From assembly GCA_023379935.1 (NCBI GenBank), contig JAMCPD010000017.1, positions 67,420 through 131,419 on the forward strand: 64,000 bases of DNA, in the 5' to 3' direction. The DNA comes from Actinomycetota bacterium. Its GTDB lineage: Bacteria > Actinomycetota > Acidimicrobiia > Acidimicrobiales > JAMCPD01. A program made the position numbers and the translations under genes. The notes beneath the pieces are model-generated. The model was given only the letters and a program-made list of their open reading frames with translations, was not told the origin of the DNA and did not search any database. Below, piece after piece: positions 20,001-28,542 of this stretch (position 1 is the first letter of the stretch; each line of letters opens with the position of its first letter).

Positions 20001-23000
20001 TAACAGTGGTTTGAGTATTACCACCCAACGCCTGGCAAAAGGATGTGGAGGTACATGAGATTGTGCTAAGTTGCCCCTCTATGTCGGGGCTGATGGAAAG
20101 GGTTGTTTCGACTGTCCAAGCGGTACCGTTGTACAAAAGGATAATGTCGTTGGTGGAACTGGAACCGACAGCTTGGCAATAAGTGGAAGATACGCACGCC
20201 ACAGCATAAAGGCCCGTTATTCCCGAAGGTAGGGTTTCATTTGTCCAGGTGGTACCGGTTCCGTTCCAAGAAAAAGCGATTCCAGTCGAAGCTCCAGTCA
20301 AGGTTGTGACGTAGCCCACTACTTGACAAAATCCGTTTGATGAGCCGGTTGGAGGTATACATGAAATTCCCCGGAGACTGCTGTTTGTTGGAATGCCGTC
20401 AATACCGATATCATTGATCCACGTAGATCCTCCGTTGGTTGTTTGGAAAACGGTTGTATCATTGTGTGGCCCATTGCTGGCTACACCAAAACATATGCCG
20501 GTCGTTGCACATGAAATACCCGTAAAGAGATAAGATTGGGAAGGATATCTTGTTGGAGGGAACGAAGACCAGTTGATTGTTGGATTATAGCTGTAACTTA
20601 TAACATTTGAAGTACCAGAGGAAGTCCTTACTGTGACCGGCAGTGTTCCTCCTAAACCGGGCCCGCTTGGTGAAACAACGCTGCAGGTAGTTGTTGATGA
20701 ACAAAAGACATCTGTTGCCGGCTTTGGACCAAAATACACGCTGGTTGAGCCTGTTGCAGTTGAAAAATTGTTACCGGATATCGTTACCAAAGTGCCTCCG
20801 CGCACTGATCCTGTATTTGGATTAATTGCACCAACCAAAGGGGTTAAAGCAGTGACAGAGAGTGCATAAAGCCCCGCGTAGGAGTTTGTGATACCCGATG
20901 TTTCACAAACAGCGCTTAGAGTACTGGATGATATACATGACAGGGCATCAGAAACGCTGGTTACCGAGGAGGGGAAACTTACCTTAGACCAAGTTGAACC
21001 GTTGAGAGAAAGTGAGATGGGGCTGTTGCCGGAGTTATTATTTCCAATTGCCTCACAAAAACCGGGGCCGGTACACGACACCTCATCAAGGCCGCTAATA
21101 TTTACCGGTAGGGCTTGGGGATACCAAGCATTTTCTGATTCGTCGTACTCCGCAGCGCTGTTATTACCAACCAACTCACAAAAAGTTTGTGCCTCAGGCG
21201 ATAGTATACATGACACAGCATTAGCACCGGTGGGCGTATTATTGTCCAAGGTCCAGCTTGAACCGTTCCAAGACAAGACAACACTCGCAGAAGGACTCGC
21301 AGAAGGAGCATACCCGACTGCCATACAAAAGCTTGAAGATGTACATGATACGCTGTTTAGGGTGGCATTGGCTCCCAAAGAACTAAGGGTTTGTGCAGTC
21401 CACACAGTTCCGTTGTAGGAAAAAGCGATAGGGTTACTTGAACTGTATCCTACTGCCTCACAAAAGGTTGTCGTCACACACGATACACTTGTGAGTTGGT
21501 CATTGGCTCCCAAAGAACTAAGGGTTTGTGCAGTCCACACAGTTCCGTTGTAGGAAAAAGCGATAGGGTTACTTGAACTGTATCCTACTGCCTCACAAAA
21601 GGTTGTCGTCACACACGATATCCCAAAAAGATTGGAAGCGGGCGAAGGGAGAGTCTGTTCGGACCATGTAGATCCGTTCCAGGACAAGCCAACACCGACA
21701 GTGGCATTAGAGACGACAGCTGATCCTACTGCCTCACAAAAGGTTGTCGTCACACACGATATGCCATTAGGGGCATTTATCGTTGATGAAGGCAAAGCCA
21801 GTGTAGTCCAACCTGAACCGTTATATAAAAATGCATTAGGGGGGTAGGTGGTTCCTCCTGAATTACCGCCTGAATTAGACGTTCCCAATGCCACACAAAA
21901 GCTTTGAGATATACACGATATGCTGTTGAGGCTGGAATTATAGGGTGAGTTGGGGAAAGAGACAGTCTGTTCAGTATCCCATGTTCCACTATAAGGTAGT
22001 CCAATTGCGGAGTTGGAGCTATAACCGCCCGGAGCATAGCTAAACGATGATCCCCCCGCTTCGCAAAAGCTTACAGAGGTACAAGAAATAGTAGAGTAAA
22101 GAGGTACCGTATTTGATGAATATGAGATTGGAGTGTCGCTGCCGCTCCATGAGGAACCGTTATAAGATAAGATAGTCCCGTCAATAAAAGGCTGAGTGTT
22201 TAAACTGATATTACCTACCGCCATGCAGAAAGTTTCAGAAGCACATGACAACCCCTCAATCTCGCCGTTAGTTGCTTGTTGGGAGGGTAAGCTTTGCGAA
22301 CTCCATGTGCCACCGTTATAAATGGCGGCAATAGCGGTGGAGGTGGTGTTGATAGTACCTCCTGCCACACAAAATTCACTTGATGTTCCAATACATGAAA
22401 CGCTTAACAGTTCAGACTCGGATGAGGTATCGGATGATGGTAATGTTGATGTACTCCATGTGCTGCCGTTGTAAACAGCACCAGCAGCTATGTTAGTGGC
22501 TAAGGAAGAGGAAAAGGTATCTCCGACTGCCATACAAAAGCTTGAAGATGTACATGATATGGCAAAAGGGGACGTTATTGTAGATGGCATGTTTTGAAGT
22601 ATCCATGCAGAGCCGTTATAGGTCAAAGAAACGCCGACATTAGTTGTTCCGTTATAGGAGTACCCCACAGCTTCGCAAAAGCTAGCCGACACACACGATA
22701 TGGCATCCAGCGACCCAACTGAGGAGGGAATTGAGGCTGTATCGTTTGACCATGTTGATCCTCCGTTAGCTGTTTCATAGAGTCCGGCCCCGGTGGGGGG
22801 GTTTCCAGCAGCGTTTAATGGGGTTTTCCCAACAGCAAAGCAAATCTCTGAGCTTATACAACTTATAGATTCAAGTGATGATGCCAAAAACGGGTATTCA
22901 GTTTGGACAGACCACTGTGGAGTGGCGTGAGTATGAATACTGCCCAAAAGGCTGGTTGCATATCCAGGTACAGGTGTAAATACACTGAGTAATGCTGTTA

Positions 23001-23046
23001 GACTGACAACCAAAAAAAGGTGGTAGAAGTTGGGTTTTGTTATCAT
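17041..23046 (-). CDS. 2001-aa secreted mosaic protein: 14 Cys-pair blades, IPT, 14 blades, IPT, 3 PYRxCDTR domains
   Basis: ATG with no SD (see promoter feature) and a signal peptide ending PVPGYA. I counted 14 + 14 blades by hand, of the type ISCVSASFCEAVG...YNGSxW. There are two IPT/TIG domains (GGTLVTISGNNF, GGNTVTLAGTNF). The C-terminus holds three ~140-aa domains starting PYRICDTR, PYRVCDTR and PYRACDTR. Confidence 0.85.
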   Translation of the reverse strand: MITKPNFYHLFLVVSLTALLSVFTPVPGYATSLLGSIHTHATPQWSVQTEYPFLASSLESISCISSEICFAVGKTPLNAAGNPPTGAGLYETANGGSTWSNDTASIPSSVGSLDAISCVSASFCEAVGYSYNGTTNVGVSLTYNGSAWILQNMPSTITSPFAISCTSSSFCMAVGDTFSSSLATNIAAGAVYNGSTWSTSTLPSSDTSSESELLSVSCIGTSSEFCVAGGTINTTSTAIAAIYNGGTWSSQSLPSQQATNGEIEGLSCASETFCMAVGNISLNTQPFIDGTILSYNGSSWSGSDTPISYSSNTVPLYSTISCTSVSFCEAGGSSFSYAPGGYSSNSAIGLPYSGTWDTEQTVSFPNSPYNSSLNSISCISQSFCVALGTSNSGGNSGGTTYPPNAFLYNGSGWTTLALPSSTINAPNGISCVTTTFCEAVGSAVVSNATVGVGLSWNGSTWSEQTLPSPASNLFGISCVTTTFCEAVGYSSSNPIAFSYNGTVWTAQTLSSLGANDQLTSVSCVTTTFCEAVGYSSSNPIAFSYNGTVWTAQTLSSLGANATLNSVSCTSSSFCMAVGYAPSASPSASVVLSWNGSSWTLDNNTPTGANAVSCILSPEAQTFCELVGNNSAAEYDESENAWYPQALPVNISGLDEVSCTGPGFCEAIGNNNSGNSPISLSLNGSTWSKVSFPSSVTSVSDALSCISSSTLSAVCETSGITNSYAGLYALSVTALTPLVGAINPNTGSVRGGTLVTISGNNFSTATGSTSVYFGPKPATDVFCSSTTTCSVVSPSGPGLGGTLPVTVRTSSGTSNVISYSYNPTINWSSFPPTRYPSQSYLFTGISCATTGICFGVASNGPHNDTTVFQTTNGGSTWINDIGIDGIPTNSSLRGISCIPPTGSSNGFCQVVGYVTTLTGASTGIAFSWNGTGTTWTNETLPSGITGLYAVACVSSTYCQAVGSSSTNDIILLYNGTAWTVETTLSISPDIEGQLSTISCTSTSFCQALGGNTQTTVIAYGYNGTNWASEAIPFVETGSIIRSISCTSPTFCQAVGSYHNGTSNPNGPLSYLYNGTSWSNETLPSGFLGTNSIWCSSESYCQAVGANADFWNGTTWSTETIPANTWTLSGIWCASVSSCLASGAITVPNSGDVTAAIFPYNGTAWSSVTPPFAISGSYRISCVSSSFCLALGTGDTPLGIVEASVSWNGTSWTNQTLFPSSNSGPYEIDALTCVSQTFCEAVGSYYTTTVTAIGTVTQTQTNGIALSWNGKNWTIETLPSTVAPLEAISCVSQTFCEAVGGSPSSSAIALSWNGTAWTTQTLSSGISPISTISCVSTTFCKAGTSTTPVILSYNGSGWTTDTLPSSFDSLNPEGIDDVLCISSSYCFATPGTYSGSSGGVLFWNGTSWTNQPTGGVNSTGKIMCLSVGACTIQNSLTLDAPFWQPLAVNYLEPVDSTDTTCVQTVSECFTLGADNVGLTLYSTVLLPPPTLTSISPSQGPASGGNTVTLAGTNFSTAPGSTTVLFGSTPATSVSCSTTSSCTAIVPPAPSGATLPDTVDVSVTVSGATSDWTAYTYLSSTPQVGTNYYPLVPYRICDTRTPQGSSILKNQCNVNGPSPLGGGQTMQIQVSGYKSPYLGSGESYVPSNATSVVLNITAVDPTGPGYLTVWPAGEVKPTASSLNYTSGQTVPNLTEVALGTTTSCTGCISIYSYASSDVVVDVEGYYGPASGGTVFSPITPYRVCDTRSNNPSKLSGYDLSQCEGKTLGPSKILNVEVGGTNPCSLSTCPTSGGVPTTAVAAVLNVTAISPTEPGYLTVWPEGATQPTASNLNFAPNQTVPNVVIVPLPQNGDISIYNFSGTTDVAVDVMGYFSSSTTGISFVGTTPYRACDTRTVSSVGYATGCSSTPLSSSVFLTLSLAGMGPIPSNAKAVVLNVTAVNPTADAYLTVWPEGTAQPVVSNLNFSPGLTVANSVTVKLSASGKISIGLYQGSVNVVVDVTGWYS
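21366..21620 (-). repeat. 135-bp tandem duplication with a 120-bp perfectly identical core
   Basis: 21366-21485 is identical to 21501-21620. Each copy encodes one blade (VTTTFCEAVGYSSSNPIAFSYNGTVWTAQTLSSLGAN). Confidence 0.9.
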
Positions 23047-23056
23047 TGTAGGATTT

Positions 23057-23090
23057 ATTGTATACTAAAAAACGTTCCTAAAACGTTCCT
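23057..23090 (-). promoter_or_regulatory. two 11-bp direct repeats abutting a -10 box, upstream of the giant-protein operon
   Basis: The minus strand reads AGGAACGTTTT AGGAACGTTTT TTAGTA TACAAT AAATCCTACA ATG. The repeats are at 23069-23079 and 23080-23090, TACAAT at 23057-23062, and the ATG at 23046. No SD is present. Confidence 0.55.
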
Positions 23091-23175
23091 TATAACTTAT
23101 GGGAACTGATAAAAGATAGGTAATATCAAACAACTGTAATGACCTGCCAAAGGAGGAGTTGGAACAGAAAAATAA

Positions 23176-25665
23176 ATGTGGGATTTAACGCTATTGGGCA
23201 GCTTTCGTCTGCTTCGCGAAGGCAATATAGTGCGAGGATTGAAAGAGGAAAAACTCCAGTCTCTTTTGGCTTTCTTGTCATTGCGACCGGGTAACCCCCA
23301 AAGCCGCGGTCGCATGGCAAGCTTACTTTGGCCAAACTCTTCGGAAAGCCAGTCTCGCACCAACTTACGCAAAGCTTTGCACACGTTACATGAATACCTA
23401 CCTGAACTTGCGGACTTGTTGGTCTTGGAAGGGAAAACATTAGCCTTTGCACCGGACAAGGCGAATAGCGTTGACGTTATACGGTTTCGAACAGCGGCGC
23501 AAACAAATACCCTGAGATCGTTACGTCAAGCAGCGAAGCTGTATGGCGGTGATTTTTTGCCCGGTTTATGGGATGAATGGATTCTGGCGGAACGAGAACT
23601 GCTGAACGAGGAGTACCTGAGGGTACTCGAGAAAATAGCAGAACTTTTGGAAAATCGGGGCGATTTAGATGAGGCAATTTTTTATACGAGGACACTTTTG
23701 GCGAAAGACCAACTACGGGAAAAGTTTTGGCAGCGTCTCATAAGATTAAATGGTTTGACCGGTGATGGAGCGGCAGTAGAAACAACCTGGAAACAATGCA
23801 CTAAGACGATAAAGCGGGAACTTGGGATAGAGCCTTCATTTATTACTCAACAAGTTTACGAAGAAAGCCGACTGGCTGTTCATGGCCGAATCGGTTCTGA
23901 AAATTACATTATCCCGCCGCTTCGGACTGTTTCGAACAACTCAAAGACTATGAAATTCCCAAACAGGCGCTACAGTGAGACTATGCTGGGTTATAGGGAC
24001 AAAGATATTTTTGTCGGACGTAAAGAAGAGCTGGATTTTTTCCGCAAATGGTTGTTATCTGAGAATTCGACAGTTTTAAATATTTATGGTCCGGGTGGTG
24101 TAGGCAAAACCACTTTGTTGCGTGCGTTTGAAAAAATAGCCAGAGGTGAAAACTGGTCGGTTGTTCAGATGGAAGGGTCTGAATTTACCGATGTGTCGGG
24201 AAAGGATATATGGTTGAATCGCACAGGCTCTGTTATCTTCTTGGATGCTTTTGATGAGATATCCAACCCCTTTAGGTGGATACAAGATAAGTTTTTAGAA
24301 AATCTTGCCGTTCCGTTTCATATAGTGATAGCAGGGCGTCATCCACTGAAGACAATGTTGCCTCTTAATTCAGGTTGGCACCGTCTGTTGTTCTCATTAC
24401 CTCTGACAGGATTTTCAACGGAGGTGAGCTGGGAGTATTGCAAAGCGCGGGGCTTGAAAGATTCTGTAATATCCAGCAGGTTGATTCGTGCTGCTGCTGG
24501 CAGTCCTTTAGCTCTTTCGTTGGCGGTTGACATGGTGATTCAGTATGGTTGGGATGTTCCTCAATCTGATGGTTTTACAAAAAATATTACTCAGATTCCC
24601 ACTTGGCATGTGGTTGTCCGTTCTCTGGTGGAGGAGCTGTTACGGGAGACAGATGATCCTGTTTTGTTGCGTAGTTTAGAAGCGGCTGCTGTTGTGCATC
24701 AATTCGATCGGGATCTCTTGACTGCCTTACTTGGCCAAGAGGGTAAAACATTAAACCTGGCTGGCGCTTTTGACAAGCTTGCCTCTTTGTCGGTTGTTCG
24801 TCCCACCGCCCATGGCCTTTCTCTTCATGACGAGGTACGCCGTCTGATATCCGATGATCTTCGTTGGCGATCACCGCGAAGTTACACTGAACTACTGTTG
24901 CGCGCCATTACTTACTACCGACAGTTAATATACTCCGGCGAACCGCTGGAACGAGAACGGTTGGTGGCGGAATGTCTATTTCTTGTGAATGAAGGACTGC
25001 TCAACTCACTGTTTTTCGAAGAAAAAGCAGCGGAGCAAATTTATGTGACTAATGGGGAACCCGAAGATATCCAAGCAGCTCATGACGTATGGTTGAGGTG
25101 GTATCAGCGATCTCTCGGCGAGTACCCCTCTCCCGCACTTGAACTTCAACTACGGCGCACCTTGGCTCACCCGTCAGTCCGTTTTAGATTAGCTCGTAGT
25201 TATAACAGGGAGATTTTGGGTTTTGCCGCTGTTATTCCTATCTGCCGTGACTGTTTGGATTTACTGACTTTCGGCTCCGCAACAGCTTCACTGGTTGATA
25301 CGTGTTTTACTTCTAATGATTTAGATTCACTTCCTCTTGAAGCTCATGAAACCACACTGTTTCACTTCCGTTACGTAGTGGAGGGTGATCAATGGAGTGA
25401 AACAGTCCGCTCACTTTTACTTTGTGATCTGATCGGGCTTTTAATAAATGAAGGTACTTACTTTGTTTCCACACCCTTTGCCTACTACAAAGAGGTGTTG
25501 GATGTTTTGGGTTTTCAACGGTTGGATTCAGCACGTAACTGGGGAAATGGGAACGCCTCACCTGTTGAGCATTACAAGCTGGATCTTTCCCGCACCGGAT
25601 TCGATGAGTGGTATAAAGATTTACTGCACAGGTGGAACGCTTTTGAAACGCTCCCTACTGTATAA
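23176..25665 (+). CDS. SARP/BTAD-family transcriptional regulator fused to a P-loop NTPase and a C-terminal domain of unknown type
   Basis: The N-terminus has a winged-helix plus BTAD pattern (LLGSFRLLREG...LLAFLSLRPG...YGGDFLPGLWDEW...LGIEPS). A P-loop IYGPGGVGKTTLL and Walker B VIFLDAFDE follow. The ~250-aa C-terminal region is possibly GNAT-like. AAAGGAGGAG lies before the ATG. Confidence 0.8.
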   Translation: MWDLTLLGSFRLLREGNIVRGLKEEKLQSLLAFLSLRPGNPQSRGRMASLLWPNSSESQSRTNLRKALHTLHEYLPELADLLVLEGKTLAFAPDKANSVDVIRFRTAAQTNTLRSLRQAAKLYGGDFLPGLWDEWILAERELLNEEYLRVLEKIAELLENRGDLDEAIFYTRTLLAKDQLREKFWQRLIRLNGLTGDGAAVETTWKQCTKTIKRELGIEPSFITQQVYEESRLAVHGRIGSENYIIPPLRTVSNNSKTMKFPNRRYSETMLGYRDKDIFVGRKEELDFFRKWLLSENSTVLNIYGPGGVGKTTLLRAFEKIARGENWSVVQMEGSEFTDVSGKDIWLNRTGSVIFLDAFDEISNPFRWIQDKFLENLAVPFHIVIAGRHPLKTMLPLNSGWHRLLFSLPLTGFSTEVSWEYCKARGLKDSVISSRLIRAAAGSPLALSLAVDMVIQYGWDVPQSDGFTKNITQIPTWHVVVRSLVEELLRETDDPVLLRSLEAAAVVHQFDRDLLTALLGQEGKTLNLAGAFDKLASLSVVRPTAHGLSLHDEVRRLISDDLRWRSPRSYTELLLRAITYYRQLIYSGEPLERERLVAECLFLVNEGLLNSLFFEEKAAEQIYVTNGEPEDIQAAHDVWLRWYQRSLGEYPSPALELQLRRTLAHPSVRFRLARSYNREILGFAAVIPICRDCLDLLTFGSATASLVDTCFTSNDLDSLPLEAHETTLFHFRYVVEGDQWSETVRSLLLCDLIGLLINEGTYFVSTPFAYYKEVLDVLGFQRLDSARNWGNGNASPVEHYKLDLSRTGFDEWYKDLLHRWNAFETLPTV

Positions 25666-25712
25666 TGCTCCCGTGAGCGAGTTAGACGTTAACGAGAGCC
25701 GTTGACCCGGTT

Positions 25713-26321
25713 GTGCCGACTGCTATGACAGCCGATACGGTTGGTGCGGAGAAAATTGAAGCATTACCTCAAACCACTTTCCAGATCATTCCGGTAAAGG
25801 GTTTACCCTTTGTTGCGGTGTGGCTTGTTGGGTTGGTGGTGGCGATAGCCGCCAATAAGTTATGGGCACTGGATTTTTTTCATGTGGTAGGCGGTGCAGG
25901 GTGGACAGTGATTGATTTGTTTTTAGGATTTATACTGGGACCCATTATGGGGCGTCTTTCCCTCTCATCCCGTATTGATTTCGTGACGAAGTTGATGCCA
26001 AAAATGATACTTCTTGTGCCGACTCTTGTTATATCAACTCTTGTAGCCGGATTGCAACTGGCGAGGCGTGAACACTATCTTCTTTCATCTTATTCCTATC
26101 ATGGATGGGTAGTGGCTTCCATAATAGTTGTTGGAGTTATGACAATAATAGCCATTGGTCTTTTAGAACCGGCCAACTTAGCGGTTCTCTTTGAATTGAA
26201 AAAACCAAAGCCAAATGGGGAGATCGTTGCCAAACTCATGCGTCGCTTTATATATACAGCCGCTATCACGGGGGCGATGCAGGTCGCTACTTTGGTGATT
26301 ATGACCAGGTTGGCAACATGA
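25713..26321 (+). CDS. integral membrane protein, unknown function
   Basis: 202 aa with about 5 TM helices, directly downstream of the regulator. The start could be the ATG at 25725. Confidence 0.5.
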   Translation: MPTAMTADTVGAEKIEALPQTTFQIIPVKGLPFVAVWLVGLVVAIAANKLWALDFFHVVGGAGWTVIDLFLGFILGPIMGRLSLSSRIDFVTKLMPKMILLVPTLVISTLVAGLQLARREHYLLSSYSYHGWVVASIIVVGVMTIIAIGLLEPANLAVLFELKKPKPNGEIVAKLMRRFIYTAAITGAMQVATLVIMTRLAT

Positions 26322-26334
26322 TCGGGTTTCTAAC

Positions 26335-26817
26335 ATGAACGGGCAGTCTTTGCCGACAGAGCGGCGATTTCCACCTATTGCTGAGGTGGCGGTAGTTTCA
26401 ATGGCGTTTGTCATAGCGGGTGGGGTATATCTGGGAGCATACTTTCCACGACCGGCACCCCTGGCACCAGTCGTGAGTCTATTGATTGCAGCGGGAGTGC
26501 TGTTAGTGATAAATATTGTTGCGGTTAGTCGCTTGAAACCCTTTGCTTGGGAGGTGTTCTTTAGGGTTGCAGGTTGGGCACTGCTCGCCTATATCGTGAT
26601 AACCGGCCTGATTGCGTATATTTTTGTGCTGGATCACGCCAGAGGCACTATGTTAGTAGTGCTCATACTTATGCTGGTTGGGTTTGCCGTTAATGTCCCT
26701 TTGCTTCTTGCATTTTCTGTCGCCCGCTATCAACCAGTAGACAATGTCCCGGTAGACAATGTCCCGGTAGACAATGGCTCTTTCAATGTCGTCGATAACG
26801 TTACCGGTGAGAAATAG
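26335..26817 (+). CDS. integral membrane protein, unknown function
   Basis: 160 aa with 4 TM helices. The C-terminus contains VDNVP x2.6, encoded by a 15-bp tandem repeat at about 26741-26780. Confidence 0.5.
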   Translation: MNGQSLPTERRFPPIAEVAVVSMAFVIAGGVYLGAYFPRPAPLAPVVSLLIAAGVLLVINIVAVSRLKPFAWEVFFRVAGWALLAYIVITGLIAYIFVLDHARGTMLVVLILMLVGFAVNVPLLLAFSVARYQPVDNVPVDNVPVDNGSFNVVDNVTGEK

Positions 26818-26821
26818 GTCA

Positions 26822-28261
26822 TCATAGGCTACAAACCTTCAATAAGTCATTAAACCACCCGTTAGCGGCCCGTTGTGATATCAATGACTTTAGGGCTTGT
26901 GCGGTCTGTTTTCTTTCTGTAATCCCGGTATCCAACCCGTTGGCGAGGGCTTGTGCGGTTTGTGTAATATCAAATGGATTGACTTCTATTACATGATCCT
27001 TTAACTCTTCAAAAGCTCCGGTTTGGTTGGAAAGGACAACTACCCCGTTGTTTGAGTTTACGATTGGTCCCTCTTTGGCTATAAGGTTCAGTCCGTCTTT
27101 AATCGGGTTGACCAACAACACGTCATAGGCGCGCAAAGCCGCTACAGAGTGTACATGATTGTCTTGAATATTGAGAATTATCGGTGACCAATTTTTGGTT
27201 GACCAGGTATCATTTATGCGCTTAACCAAAGTTTCAATCTCTGCTTTATACGAGATGTACTGTGCAAGTTGTTGTCTGGAGGAATAAAGCATTGCCAAAA
27301 ATACTACTTTTTCACGTAAATCAGCTCTGGTTTTCATCATTTCCTCAAACGCCAGGAATCCCCTAAGAATGTTTTTTGAAGGTTCTATGCGGTCTACTCT
27401 AAGTATCAGACGATTGCCGCCCGCCAGTTTGTTTATCCGGCTATATGCGTCTGTACACTCGCTTGATGCAACTGTTTGATTCAAATAGTTTATGTCCGGT
27501 CCCAAAGGCGCAACGAATGTCTGATTCGGATCTTTCTCCAGTAGTTCTCTGCAGCAGGATTTATATGCTTCTTCCCAGCGCTTTGCATGAAAGCCGCATG
27601 CTTTGTAAGAGAACATTGCGCTGAGCAGTTCTTTAGATATTGGATCGGGCAGGTATCCCAGGTCTTGAGGGCTACAAAAAGGTGTATGCGTGAAATGTGT
27701 TATCGACAAGTCGGGACGCAGTTCGGCTAAAAAACTCCCCACCAAAAATAGGTGATAGTCCTGTACTAATACGTGAGCATCCTCGGCGGCCTCGTTAGCG
27801 GCAGAAGCAGCAAATTGACGATTTATTTCCCTGTATGCTTCCCAGGCTTTGGTGAAATGGCAGTCCAAATGTGGTTGATGAACCGGGTCAAACAAATTAT
27901 GCAGGCAAAACCATAAAACAGTGTTGGATACCACATCATAAGCCATGCTATACCGGGCGGGATCCAAGATCAGCGTCTTTAGAACTGTTTGTCCGAAACT
28001 GTTGGTAACTGCTTGTATGTCTGAGGCATGTCCGACGGTTTCCTGAGAAGCTCCCTGAACAGCCTCCCGATCAGTATCGGTTACTGCGGCGGTAATCCAA
28101 GTTGTTTTAATTTTTTGCAATACAGGTCCCAAGGTAGAGGCCAAGCCTCCGCCTGAGCGCTTGGACACCAGTTCACCGTTTTTATCCCTTGAAAATGAAA
28201 AAGGACCTCGGTTGGAGAGGACCACCAGGTCGGCTCCGGTCATGTGTAGTGATGATAGCAC
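26822..28261 (-). CDS. otsA: trehalose-6-phosphate synthase (GT20)
   Basis: 479 aa with OtsA-like blocks VVLSNRGP, GGLASTL, VQDYHL, LRVDRIEPSKNI and DGLNLIAKE. Confidence 0.9.
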   Translation of the reverse strand: MLSSLHMTGADLVVLSNRGPFSFSRDKNGELVSKRSGGGLASTLGPVLQKIKTTWITAAVTDTDREAVQGASQETVGHASDIQAVTNSFGQTVLKTLILDPARYSMAYDVVSNTVLWFCLHNLFDPVHQPHLDCHFTKAWEAYREINRQFAASAANEAAEDAHVLVQDYHLFLVGSFLAELRPDLSITHFTHTPFCSPQDLGYLPDPISKELLSAMFSYKACGFHAKRWEEAYKSCCRELLEKDPNQTFVAPLGPDINYLNQTVASSECTDAYSRINKLAGGNRLILRVDRIEPSKNILRGFLAFEEMMKTRADLREKVVFLAMLYSSRQQLAQYISYKAEIETLVKRINDTWSTKNWSPIILNIQDNHVHSVAALRAYDVLLVNPIKDGLNLIAKEGPIVNSNNGVVVLSNQTGAFEELKDHVIEVNPFDITQTAQALANGLDTGITERKQTAQALKSLISQRAANGWFNDLLKVCSL

Positions 28262-28437
28262 CGGGGGATGATAAAAGCAAGCAGGCCCCGAAACTTCTTG
28301 GTGAAGGCGGATAAAGTTTATTTTTTTATTGTTGTGATATTGACATTGTAAGGACTTATGAGCAAGAATAGTAGTTAGAGTACCTGCTAACTTACTAGTC
28401 TACTTTTTACCATTTTTTTGTTAGGCTGTAGCTTGTA

Positions 28438-28537
28438 AGGTCTCATCAAGAGCGACTGAGGGACGGGCCCGATGATGTCGCGGCAACCTGCTAAGTGCCG
28501 TATATAGCAAGGTGCCAATGCCTGATCGATGAGGAGA
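28438..28537 (+). promoter_or_regulatory. SAM-I (S-box) riboswitch
   Basis: The sequence CTCATCAAGAGCGACTGAGGGACGGGCCCGATGATGTCGCGGCAACC...GGTGCCAATGCCTGATCGATGAG matches the S-box core. P1 pairs CTCATC (28442-28447) with GATGAG (28528-28533). The 3' strand of P1 overlaps the SD GAGGAG (28531-28536), 6 nt before GTG 28543. No terminator follows, so control is probably translational. Confidence 0.85.
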
Positions 28538-28542
28538 ATTGA

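Noticed and set aside
10942-22037. Dozens of 60-190 aa ORFs in other frames or antisense within the two giant genes (for example 12213-12692, 18942-19508, 20888-21418, 14549-14824).
   Set aside because: All lie entirely inside the 2104-aa and 2001-aa ORFs. They have low-complexity translations that mirror the repeat structure, and duplicated shadow ORFs appear at the repeat offset. They also lack independent ribosome-binding sites. They are frame shadows of repetitive, stop-poor sequence.
10711-23046. Diversity-generating retroelement or other targeted hypermutation acting on the variable blades.
   Set aside because: No reverse transcriptase and no template repeat/variable repeat pair with adenine-specific differences is visible in the window. 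The variation between blades looks like ordinary repeat divergence plus recent duplication.
28340-28369. Candidate promoter TTGACA-N18-AAGAAT upstream of the SAM riboswitch.
   Set aside because: It is plausible, but the spacing is long and the -10 is weak, and several alternatives exist in this AT-rich region. The support is not strong enough to list it as a feature.
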